From the NCBI GenBank assembly GCA_018260615.1, contig JAGWDQ010000004.1, forward strand, positions 1 through 15,862: a DNA stretch of 15,862 nt. The letters run 5' to 3'. This document shows, in pieces, positions 1 through 7,640 of the stretch. The translations under genes were made by a program, and so were the position numbers. This stretch comes from Candidatus Altarchaeum sp. Lineage in GTDB: Archaea; Altiarchaeota; Altiarchaeia; Altiarchaeales; Altiarchaeaceae. A model generated the notes under the pieces. It saw only the letters and a list, made by a program, of their open reading frames with translations, searched no databases and was not told where the DNA came from. Within the stretch, counting starts at the first letter, position 1, and each line of letters starts with the position of its first letter.

Positions 1-168
1 GGCAAAATTAAGTATAACAATAGCAGGGATTTAAGAAACTTCAAAGAAATTACTGTTTCTGCAATTGATAATTTACTCAAAGGAGCATCGGGACAGGCGG
101 TTCAGAATATGAATTTGATGTGCAATTTTGATGAAAAGGAAGGGTTGATGATGGCAGGAGGTGTTTAA
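1..168 (+). CDS. argC: 3' end of N-acetyl-gamma-glutamyl-phosphate reductase (ArgC/LysY family), truncated by window start
   Basis: Frame 1 translates as [55 protein letters not shown]-stop (TAA 166-168). [19 protein letters not shown] is the conserved ArgC/LysY C-terminal motif. Not in the supplied ORF track. Confidence 0.85.
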   Translation, partial: GKIKYNNSRDLRNFKEITVSAIDNLLKGASGQAVQNMNLMCNFDEKEGLMMAGGV

Positions 169-183
169 TTTTGAAAAGAGGTA

Positions 184-948
184 TTAATAAAACCTTGCGA
201 GCATCTCCTCTTCAATAAAGTGTAAATTTGCAGCGGCAATTATACAATGCGGCGGCTCTCCAAAGTCAAAATTTAAAATTTTTTCAGCATCCGTTCCTTT
301 AACCGCCTTTATGAGCGCATCGTCGCTTCCAAGTCGCGCACAACAAACGAATGTTGCCTTCCTCACAATGTCCTCTTTTGCATCCTCTTCTAATTTCAGC
401 AAAATTTCAAGCCCACGGTTTATACTTAAAAATTTGTTGTTTTCAAGATCTATGTCAAGAAGCATCAATGTGTGTAAATTTCTTTCAAAATTTTCCATAA
501 AAATTTTATACGGACTTGACGGAATAGTATCCTTATAAGGGAAAGCTATCGTTGTTGTTCTTCCGAATTTATAAGTCATCAGTCCCGTTTCGGCAATCGC
601 AGAATATATTGACGAAGAATGGATTATCTTTACTTTTATCTTTCTTTTCTCTGCGTCAAGAATTATTGACGAATGTGTTGTTGCGAACATAGGGTCTCCC
701 GGAACTAACAGCGCAATATCCTTTAATAACGCATTTTTGTATAAAATTTCACCGCTTTCTATTTCGTTCCGCTTCAGAATGGTTATATGTTTATTTCTGC
801 CTGCAATTTCCTCTAAATTTTTTAAATTTCCGTGATAAAAATTCGTATAATTTTCCGCATAAATTTCATCTGCGGTTTTCAAAATTTCAATTCCCTTTAA
901 TGATATGTCCCTTTCATCATATAATCCGAGTCCTATAAGATAGAGCAT
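184..948 (-). CDS. dph5: Diphthine synthase (tetrapyrrole methylase fold)
   Basis: N-terminal MLYLIGLGLYDERDISLKG; LLVPGDPMFATTH; SSIYSAIAETGL-x-x-YKFG; HTLMLLDI; GEPPHCII. All are Dph5 hallmarks; length 254 aa is typical. Confidence 0.95.
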   Translation of the reverse strand: MLYLIGLGLYDERDISLKGIEILKTADEIYAENYTNFYHGNLKNLEEIAGRNKHITILKRNEIESGEILYKNALLKDIALLVPGDPMFATTHSSIILDAEKRKIKVKIIHSSSIYSAIAETGLMTYKFGRTTTIAFPYKDTIPSSPYKIFMENFERNLHTLMLLDIDLENNKFLSINRGLEILLKLEEDAKEDIVRKATFVCCARLGSDDALIKAVKGTDAEKILNFDFGEPPHCIIAAANLHFIEEEMLARFY

Positions 949-1091
949 TTTGCCTTTTTATATTTTTTATATTTTATATTTTAAAATTTATTTCAAAAAT
1001 TTAGAAAACAAAAACAAATTTATTTTTGATTTCAAATTTATCTTTAAATTTAACATATATTTATTTAACATTTAATTAATTTGATGAAAAA

Positions 1092-1838
1092 ATGCCAAAA
1101 GTAATTAAGACAAAAGCACAAAATTTCGGAGAGAAAATGTCTGGTGAAAATAAAAAGACAGGCAAAAAGACAGATGCAGCAAACAAAATTGAAAAAGCAG
1201 CCAAACCGGAAAAGCAGCCAAAAACAAAAAAAACAAAAAATGATGTTGTTAAAGATGTTGCCAGGAAAGACAAACTCGTCAAAAATGCAGACAAAATAGT
1301 TGCAGTTGCGGAGCCCGTTGCTGTCCGATTTTCAAAAATTTATGAAAATAAAAATGTCAGGGAAATTTTGTTAAAATATTTTGAAGAAGGGTGTGTGGAT
1401 ATATTGCCGGAACTTAATGATTATATCGGAGATGAGATTGTCTCAAATAAAAAAAATATGAAAGCCCCGATAATAAGAAAATGGTTAAATTTAATGCATG
1501 ATAAGAGCATTGTAGAATTTAACAGGACAAAGGATAAAAAAACAGGGTGGTTTACATATTTCTGGAAAATAAGGCCGGACAAAGTCGTTGAATTTACCGT
1601 CTCGGATATTAACAAAGAAATAGAAAAATTAACCAAAGAAATAGAAGAAATTAAAGCACATAATTTTGTCTGCGACTGCAAAACATGGACATCCACCGAA
1701 GCATTAGAGTCGGATTTTGTCTGTCAGGAATGTGAAAAGGTGGTTATGGAGAAAGATGATGACAAATTAATCGCAGAAATGGAAAATAAAAAGAAAGTAC
1801 TTGAAAAGAAAAAAGAAGATATTTTGTCATCCCCATAA
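1092..1838 (+). CDS. tfe: Transcription factor E alpha (winged helix + coiled coil + Zn ribbon) with about 75-aa Lys-rich N-terminal extension
   Basis: IRKWLNLMHDKSIVEFNRTKDKKTGWFTYFWKI matches the TFE wing motif (R..L..L......Y.R..D..TGW..Y.W). It is followed by a coiled coil and FVCDC...EALESDFVCQEC, resembling the TFE Zn ribbon (F.EA....F.CP.C). Confidence 0.85.
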   Translation: MPKVIKTKAQNFGEKMSGENKKTGKKTDAANKIEKAAKPEKQPKTKKTKNDVVKDVARKDKLVKNADKIVAVAEPVAVRFSKIYENKNVREILLKYFEEGCVDILPELNDYIGDEIVSNKKNMKAPIIRKWLNLMHDKSIVEFNRTKDKKTGWFTYFWKIRPDKVVEFTVSDINKEIEKLTKEIEEIKAHNFVCDCKTWTSTEALESDFVCQECEKVVMEKDDDKLIAEMENKKKVLEKKKEDILSSP

Positions 1839-1864
1839 TTGAAATAAATTTAAGTAAATTTAAA

Positions 1865-2659
1865 ATGTCCGCTGCTCAAATTTCTATCGGAATAATCGGG
1901 GGAACCGGAATATACAACGAGAAAGAAATCAGGGAAATTAAGAAAATAAAGGTCTCAACTCCTTACGGAAGTCCTTCTGATTTAATTACAATAGGAAAAT
2001 TTAACGGAAAGAAAATCGCATTTATTCCGAGACATGGCAGTCAGCATACAATTCCTCCGCACAAAATAAATTTTCGGGCAAATATAATGGCATTGAAGGT
2101 CTTGGGTGTTGAAAGGATTATTTCGCTGTCTGCTGTCGGAGGACTAAAAGAAAATTTTAAGCCGGGCGATATTGTAATAACAGACCAGTTTATTGATTTC
2201 ACAAAGCAGCGAATTCAGACATTTTATGATGGAAACAGGGTCTGTCATATTTCAACGGCAGAGCCATTTTGTCCGGAATTGAGACGAATAGCAATAGATG
2301 TTGTAGAAAGGTTAAAATTTTCGTTTCATGAAAACGGAACTTACTGCTGTATTGAAGGTCCGAGATTTTCAACGAGAGCGGAATCAAGATTTTTCAGAAA
2401 TTTTGCAGATGTTATCGGAATGACTTTATGTCCCGAGGTTTCACTGGCACGGGAAAAAGAGATGTGTGTGTTAAATATTTCAACTGTAACTGATTATGAT
2501 GTCTGGGCGAAAAATCCGGTCTCAATTGAGGATGTTATTAAGGTGATGAAGGAAAACAATGAAAATATCAGGGAAATTTTAAGAAATTTAATAGAGGCAA
2601 TTCCGGAGGAAAGACATTGTGGGTGCGGGAAGGCGCTGGAGAATGCGTTTGTTGATTAA
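1865..2659 (+). CDS. mtnP: S-methyl-5'-thioadenosine phosphorylase (MTAP)
   Basis: IGIIGGTG, TPYGSPS, PRHG..H..PPH.INFRANI.AL, EGPRFSTRAES, VIGMT..PE..LARE, and TDYDVW (the DxD motif typical of 6-aminopurine-specific MTAP rather than MTIP); C-terminal CxC. Confidence 0.92.
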   Translation: MSAAQISIGIIGGTGIYNEKEIREIKKIKVSTPYGSPSDLITIGKFNGKKIAFIPRHGSQHTIPPHKINFRANIMALKVLGVERIISLSAVGGLKENFKPGDIVITDQFIDFTKQRIQTFYDGNRVCHISTAEPFCPELRRIAIDVVERLKFSFHENGTYCCIEGPRFSTRAESRFFRNFADVIGMTLCPEVSLAREKEMCVLNISTVTDYDVWAKNPVSIEDVIKVMKENNENIREILRNLIEAIPEERHCGCGKALENAFVD

Positions 2660-2702
2660 AAAATAAAATTTTGTTTTGGTAAATTTTAGGAAAATTTCAA
2701 AA

Positions 2703-2936
2703 ATGGTAAAAATTTCAAAAAAAGATGAAAATAAATTTAGAGAGGATATGTTGTCTCATCTTAACGAATATCTGAGTGAAATTCAAGATGATGAAGGAAA
2801 TTGGACTGTAAAGGGCTTTATTGATATTTCAAAGAACATTTATAATCTTTCAACGGACACAAAAGTTATTTCCAAAGTTATTGAAATTATGCTGTTTCCA
2901 AAAATAAAGGGTGCTGACCCACTAAAATTGGGATAA
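2703..2936 (+). pseudogene. Truncated EcoRV-family type II restriction endonuclease (N-terminal ~68 aa only)
   Basis: WTVKGFIDISKNIYNLSTDTKVISKVIEIMLFPKI aligns by eye with the EcoRV N-terminus (V.G.I....IY.L..DTKV.S...E....P.I). Homology stops at 2908, where a TIR-bounded element begins and supplies GADPLKLG-stop. ATG 2703 is preferred over TTG 2676. Confidence 0.7.
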
Positions 2937-3113
2937 TTAATGTTTGTCTATAAACTCACAATTTTTGTCATTTACGAATGAAATGAGTAAATATCCGAAC
3001 GGAGTGAGGTTAAAAACATAATGATTTACCTTGCTTGAAAAATATAATTTTTAAGCAGATTTTTAAAAAATCTCTCACAAAATAATTATCCCAATTTAAA
3101 GGGATGAGTACCC
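2909..3113. mobile_element. 205-bp MITE-like non-autonomous element with 31-bp imperfect terminal inverted repeats
   Basis: Left end 2909-2939 GGGTGCTGACCCACTAAAATTGGGATAATTA; right end 3083-3113 TAATTATCCCAATTTAAAGGGATGAGTACCC; 25/31 complementary. Flanks AAAAATAAA (2900-2908) and AAAAATCAC (3114-3122) share the first 6 nt. No transposase ORF. Confidence 0.7.
2970..3011 (+). repeat. Hairpin repeat unit (GA-stem motif CCGAACGGAGTGAGG, 2995-3009) inside the MITE, opposite in orientation to the 3120 and 7265 copies
   Basis: 2989-3011 reverse-complements to AACCTCACTCCGTTCGGATATTT, 20/23 identical to 3120-3142. Adjacent 6-bp stem ATTTAC/GTAAAT at 2970-2992. Confidence 0.7.
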
Positions 3114-3119
3114 AAAAAT

Positions 3120-3223
3120 CACCTCACTTCGTTCGGAGATTTAAAATTTCCATAGGAAATTTTAAACGCTTCAAGCATTTTTGATATTGCTCGGAGATTT
3201 TCAAAACTCATCGTTTTGAAAAT
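3120..3223 (-). repeat. Hairpin repeat cluster: GA-stem motif plus two AT-rich stems
   Basis: CCTCACTTCGTTCGG (3122-3136), then a perfect 12-bp stem TTTAAAATTTCC-ATA-GGAAATTTTAAA (3140-3166). A second half-site GCTCGGAGATTT precedes a perfect 11-bp stem ATTTTCAAAAC-TCATC-GTTTTGAAAAT (3197-3223). Confidence 0.75.
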
Positions 3224-3271
3224 AGCAGATTAATCCTTGTTGCATATTTACATTTATAAAATCTCAAAAAC

Positions 3272-3377
3272 AAATACTGAAACCTTCGGTTTCGATCTTT
3301 AAAAAATCTATGAGATTTTTTAAATACTGAAAACTGCAAGTTTTCAATCTTTAAAAATCTATGAGATTATTAAATAC
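3272..3377. repeat. Tandem 50-bp double-hairpin repeat (2 units + 6 nt)
   Basis: AAATAC starts at 3272, 3322 and 3372. Each full unit has a small hairpin (GAAACC-TTC-GGTTTC; TGAAAACT-GCA-AGTTTTCA) and a larger AAAAATCT-ATG-AGATT(T/A)TT hairpin. Confidence 0.8.
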
Positions 3378-3410
3378 CAAAAAACTAATTTCTATATGTG
3401 TAAATTTTTC

Positions 3411-3430
3411 AAAACGCAAAACCTGAGTTA
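3411..3430 (+). repeat. 20-bp dispersed repeat, copy A (AAAACGCAAAACCTGAGTTA)
   Basis: 19/20 identical to 9545-9564; ends 12 nt upstream of the MutS-family ATG. Confidence 0.6.
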
Positions 3431-3442
3431 AATAAAACAAAG

Positions 3443-5206
3443 ATGTCCATTCTCAAAACATCCGATGCAAAATCAGCATATAAAGAGGTCTCCGAAATAA
3501 TCAAAAGGTCTATAATCACAAAAAAAGGCAGAGAAAATTTTTCCCTGAATTTATTCGGTGATGCAAAAGACATACTTGCGATGCAGGAGAAAATTTCAAA
3601 ATACAGCGGAATTGATAGTGCAATAATAGACAAAATAAGAGAAAATTTAACGAACTTTGAATTAAAAAAAGCAGGTGATTTCTTTGTTGACAGGGCTGTT
3701 ATTGTCCCGGATGATGAAAGTTACGAGCGGTTTATGTGGCTCAAAAAATATTGCGATTTAATGGTCGGCAATAACAATAATGAAGGTATTGATGAAAAAC
3801 AGCAAATTGTTATAGCAAACTCAGATACGCCGATTGAAGAAATACTTCCGGAATTTTTTATTATGAATTTTGCCGCAAATAAAGAAGTCCTAAAAAAAAT
3901 TTATGAAATTTATTCCCTGCTTCAGGGTTGTAATATTGCAACAGATACAAATGTTGACCTGGAAAAATTAAAGGAAATTTCGGACATTATTGCCAGTGTG
4001 AATGAAAAATGTGAAATCACTACGGAAGAGATTAGTGGAAAGAAGGCATTAATAAAAAATTTCAAAAAGAGCATTTACGAACACAAAGAAAAAATAAATT
4101 CCGAAGTCCTGAAAGATGTTGAAACAAGGAATATGAAGGTAGATGTAAAGGAACTTTTGATGAAAAATTTACAAAGCATAACGCAAATCCCGGAAGTTCG
4201 GGAAATTATTAATGCAAGTGTTGAAGAGCACATCGCCGAAATTGCCGGAAAATTTGCTGTCGGCAAGGCAAAAATCATTTCTATTTTTGAAAAGGAATAT
4301 CCTGTCCGGACAGATGAAAATGAAATAAATAAATTTTTGGATGAAACAAACAGGGAAATTTTAGAGGCGGAATACGAATACAAAGTAAAGGCGGCAAAGA
4401 AACTGCCCAGATTTGAGGTCATTGAACAATTATGCGAAAAAATTTATTCTCTTGACGAAATTTTGGGAATTGTCCGATTTGCGAATGACAACCAAGGAAT
4501 AATGCCAAAGATGGGCGATGCATTATTTTTTAAAGGGGCGCAAAATTTGCTGCTCAATAATTCAACTGCAATAACATATTCTCTTGGCGGCGAGATTGAA
4601 AGAAGAAAAATCGCAATGCTTACCGGTGCAAATTCCGGCGGAAAAACAACCTTGCTTAAAACGCTCTTACACATTCAGATTCTGGCACAGAGCGGACTTC
4701 CCGTTTGTGCAGAGTACTGTGAATTTCCGGTTTTTGATGAAATTTATTTTTTAAGCAAACACACCGGAACATTGAGTGCAGGGGCGTTTGAATCAACATT
4801 AAAAGCAATCGCAAAAATTTTAATTTCAAAGAATAAGAAACTCGTGCTCATGGATGAATTAGAGGCGATTACAGAACCGGGTGCTGCTGCAAAAATGATT
4901 TCGGCAATTTTTGAAATTTTAACTGAAAATGATGATTTTGCGGTAATTGTTACGCATTTAAGCGCTCAAATTTTAAAGGATGTAAGCAAGAATATAAGGG
5001 TTGACGGAATAGAAGCAACGGGACTTGATGAAAATTTAAATTTAATCGTTGACAGGCAGCCGAAATTTAATAAAATCGGAAAGAGTACTCCCGAACTGAT
5101 TGTTGAACGATTATACAGGTTGTGTGTGGCTGACAATAAAGGAACGGAAAAGGCAGAAAGTGAAATTTACAGGAGGATTTTTGAGAAGATGAAGAAACAG
5201 GCATAA
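3443..5206 (+). CDS. mutS: MutS-family ATPase (archaeal MutS2/MutS5-like; domain V ATPase, no recognisable mismatch-binding or Smr domain)
   Basis: Walker A LTGANSGGKTTLL; LAQSGLPV; SAGAFES; Walker B LVLMDELEAITEPGAAAK; VIVTHL; and C-terminal RIDG/VDGIEA.G...VDRQP...GKSTPELI-type motifs of archaeal MutS-like proteins. Confidence 0.85.
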   Translation: MSILKTSDAKSAYKEVSEIIKRSIITKKGRENFSLNLFGDAKDILAMQEKISKYSGIDSAIIDKIRENLTNFELKKAGDFFVDRAVIVPDDESYERFMWLKKYCDLMVGNNNNEGIDEKQQIVIANSDTPIEEILPEFFIMNFAANKEVLKKIYEIYSLLQGCNIATDTNVDLEKLKEISDIIASVNEKCEITTEEISGKKALIKNFKKSIYEHKEKINSEVLKDVETRNMKVDVKELLMKNLQSITQIPEVREIINASVEEHIAEIAGKFAVGKAKIISIFEKEYPVRTDENEINKFLDETNREILEAEYEYKVKAAKKLPRFEVIEQLCEKIYSLDEILGIVRFANDNQGIMPKMGDALFFKGAQNLLLNNSTAITYSLGGEIERRKIAMLTGANSGGKTTLLKTLLHIQILAQSGLPVCAEYCEFPVFDEIYFLSKHTGTLSAGAFESTLKAIAKILISKNKKLVLMDELEAITEPGAAAKMISAIFEILTENDDFAVIVTHLSAQILKDVSKNIRVDGIEATGLDENLNLIVDRQPKFNKIGKSTPELIVERLYRLCVADNKGTEKAESEIYRRIFEKMKKQA

Positions 5207-5208
5207 TT

Positions 5209-5817
5209 TTAAAGATAAATTTTTGTATAAATTTTCTCTCTTCCGTTAATTAAATTTACAAGTCGTTCGGGAAAATTTCCGTTAATAATGTATGCAACTT
5301 TTTTATATTTTTGAATAAAATTTGGAAAAGCGGAATCAACAACATTGCTGTTGATTTTTTCAAGTTCGCATGCTGAAATTTCGGTGCATAATTTTCCATT
5401 AACAAAAATTCCGTCAACACTTTTAAGCAAAATTACGGTTTCCGTATCAAATTTATTTGCTACATAAACTGCTATGCTGTCGGATGTAATTTCATTTGAA
5501 ATTTCCAAATCGCTGTCAATCAGCAGGCGGGATGGCAGAAATATCGTATTTGGTTTTAATTCATAACTTGTCCTGATTTTTGTGAAATTTGAAAGTATTA
5601 AACCGACAATATCCATTGCCAAAATACACGCATTGTGGGAAATTTTTAAATTTAAATTATGAGTTTCATAATATTTCAATACAATGTCCGCAAATTCCCC
5701 GCCTCCGGGAAGAAGGATAAATTTGTGGTTTATAGATATTTCTTCCAGAATTTCAAAGATTTTGCTTATTGTTTCCGGGTTTGTGCTTAAACTTCCGCCG
5801 AATTTTATGATGAACAT
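5209..5817 (-). CDS. mfnE: Amino-acid-kinase-family protein, MJ0458/MfnE-like (methanofuran pathway furan-methyl-phosphate kinase)
   Basis: IIKFGGSL, LPGGGEFAD, H...ILAMD..G, ITSDSIA..VA, SVDGIF, VDSAFP, YIINGNFPERL....G....YTKI follow the MJ0458 family along the full length. Confidence 0.7.
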   Translation of the reverse strand: MFIIKFGGSLSTNPETISKIFEILEEISINHKFILLPGGGEFADIVLKYYETHNLNLKISHNACILAMDIVGLILSNFTKIRTSYELKPNTIFLPSRLLIDSDLEISNEITSDSIAVYVANKFDTETVILLKSVDGIFVNGKLCTEISACELEKINSNVVDSAFPNFIQKYKKVAYIINGNFPERLVNLINGREKIYTKIYL

Positions 5818-5893
5818 ATTAAAAAATATTAATTTATAAAGTAAATAAAATTAAATATAGACATAATTAAAAATAATTTCATAAAAATTTAAA

Positions 5894-7267
5894 ATGGCAT
5901 CAATTGTCTTTTATTTTGAGGTTCATCAGCCGAGACGATTAAAATGGTTTTGGCCTGATAGTGTCCGAAATGAAAATGTGGAAAATCTGGAGAAATTTTA
6001 TTACGACGACGATGAAAACAGGAAGATTTTTGAAAAGGTAGCAAAAAAGTGTTACTGGCCGACAAATAAAATTTTGCTTGGTCTGATAGATAAATTTAAG
6101 AATCAGAATAAGCGATTTAAGATTGCATTTTCAATAACCGGAACATGGCTTGAACAGTGTGAAAAGTATGAACCCGCATTGCTTGACACATTTAAGCAGA
6201 TGGCAGAAAGCGGTTGCGTTGAATTTATTGATGAGACATATTATCACAGTTTGTCAGGACTTTTTGCAGATAAAAGCGAGTTTAGAGAGCAGATAAAGTT
6301 ACACAGGAATGCAATGAAGGAAATTTTAAATTTTTCCCCGAAGGTGTTTAGAAATACGGAACTGCTTTACAATAATGAAATTGCAAAAGAGGTGGAAAAT
6401 TTAGGATATGTTGGAATTTTTACGGAAGGTATTGAAAGAATATTAGAAGGGAGAAGTCCGAATTTTATTTATGATGCAAAAACAGCTAAACCAAATGACA
6501 AATCAGATAAGTCAAACCTCGCTGTCTTACTGAAGAATTATAAACTGAGCGACGATATTGCATTCAGATTTTCATGGAGGAGCTGGAATGAATTTCCTTT
6601 GACAGCGGACAAATATGCGGGATGGCTTTCTGCAAGTGAAGGGGATGTTATAAATTTATGTATGGACTATGAGACATTCGGAGAGCATCAGTGGGCAGAA
6701 ACGGGGATATTCGAATTTCTTAAATTTTTGCCGGATGAAATTTTGAAACATGAAAATCTGGATTTTTTAACTCCGAATGAGGCGATTGAAAGATATAAAA
6801 ACAATAAGCAGAACAAAGATAATATTATTGATGTTCCGTGGGATAAGACGATTTCATGGGCTGACACCGAGAGAGACCATAGTGCATGGCTCGGAAATCA
6901 TAACCAGTTGCTGTGCTTTTCGGAGGTTCAGCGCCTCGCTTATTTAATTGATAAAATTTCAGATGAAGCGGCAAAGCTCAAATTTAAAAATGTCTGGAGA
7001 TATTTGCTTACAAGCGACCATTATCATTATATGTCTACAAAGAACATTGCCGACCAGGAAATCCATAATTATTTCAGCAACAGAACCAATGCTTATGATG
7101 CGGCGGTAAATTTGATGTCAATAATTTCTGATTTAAAGGAGAAAATTTTAATTGAATTAGTAAATGAGGCAACTTATGAGAGGGAAAAAATAAGGCGGGA
7201 AAAGGAAGCATCGGAGGCGGAACAAAGAAAAGAGGCATATATGAGGAGCAGGATATTTAAAATGTAA
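5894..7267 (+). CDS. Glycoside hydrolase family 57 (alpha-amylase/AmyC-like)
   Basis: FYFEVHQP (CSR-1), ETYYHSL (CSR-2), FRNTELLY (CSR-3, nucleophile Glu), LSDDIAFRFS, CMDYETFGEHQW (CSR-4, acid/base Asp), SWAD.ERD.SAWLGN, LLTSDHYHYM (CSR-5). Confidence 0.92.
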   Translation: MASIVFYFEVHQPRRLKWFWPDSVRNENVENLEKFYYDDDENRKIFEKVAKKCYWPTNKILLGLIDKFKNQNKRFKIAFSITGTWLEQCEKYEPALLDTFKQMAESGCVEFIDETYYHSLSGLFADKSEFREQIKLHRNAMKEILNFSPKVFRNTELLYNNEIAKEVENLGYVGIFTEGIERILEGRSPNFIYDAKTAKPNDKSDKSNLAVLLKNYKLSDDIAFRFSWRSWNEFPLTADKYAGWLSASEGDVINLCMDYETFGEHQWAETGIFEFLKFLPDEILKHENLDFLTPNEAIERYKNNKQNKDNIIDVPWDKTISWADTERDHSAWLGNHNQLLCFSEVQRLAYLIDKISDEAAKLKFKNVWRYLLTSDHYHYMSTKNIADQEIHNYFSNRTNAYDAAVNLMSIISDLKEKILIELVNEATYEREKIRREKEASEAEQRKEAYMRSRIFKM

Positions 7268-7409
7268 CCTCGCTGATGCTCGGATATTTCTAAATCTCTG
7301 CGATTTAAAAATAACCTCGCTGATGCTCACTTCGTTCGTGTCTTTTCAAAATTTCTGCGATTTTGAAAATCGTTCGGATATTTAAAAAATCTCTGCGATT
7401 TTTAAAATA
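7265..7409 (-). repeat. Hairpin repeat cluster: GA-stem motifs plus three AT-rich stems sharing a TCTGC loop
   Basis: TAACCTCGCTGATGCTC occurs at 7265 and 7312 (47-bp period). CTCACTTCGTTCG at 7326-7338; half-site GTTCGGATATTT at 7372. Stems at 7286-7312, 7343-7369 and 7380-7408 each enclose TCTGC. Confidence 0.8.
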
Positions 7410-7640
7410 CGGCAAAAATCCGGAAATTTAAATTTATTTTATCTTTACTTTAAATTTAATAAGTTGACAGATGACTGCCTTATTTTTATAGTAGTGAGCG
7501 AAAATCCATGAAAAGATAATTCCAGGGGGAAATTTATGAAATTGACGAAAAAACGGGGGAAAGAAAACTTGATAGATATAATAATCATTTAATACAAAAA
7601 ATGAGCAAAGGAACAAAAACTAATTTTTGGAAAAATTAAG

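Noticed and set aside
3272-3377. CRISPR array (also considered for 7265-7409)
   Set aside because: Only 2-3 units, no unique spacers between constant repeats, and no cas genes in the window.
5818-5893. Specific TATA/BRE promoter calls in divergent intergenic regions (also 949-1091)
   Set aside because: Many overlapping TTTA(T/A)A candidates in near-pure AT sequence; none can be singled out without TSS data.
7434-7616. 60-aa minus-strand ORF in the GH57-rhuM gap
   Set aside because: F/I/K-rich low-complexity translation of AT-rich intergenic DNA with no motif or start context.
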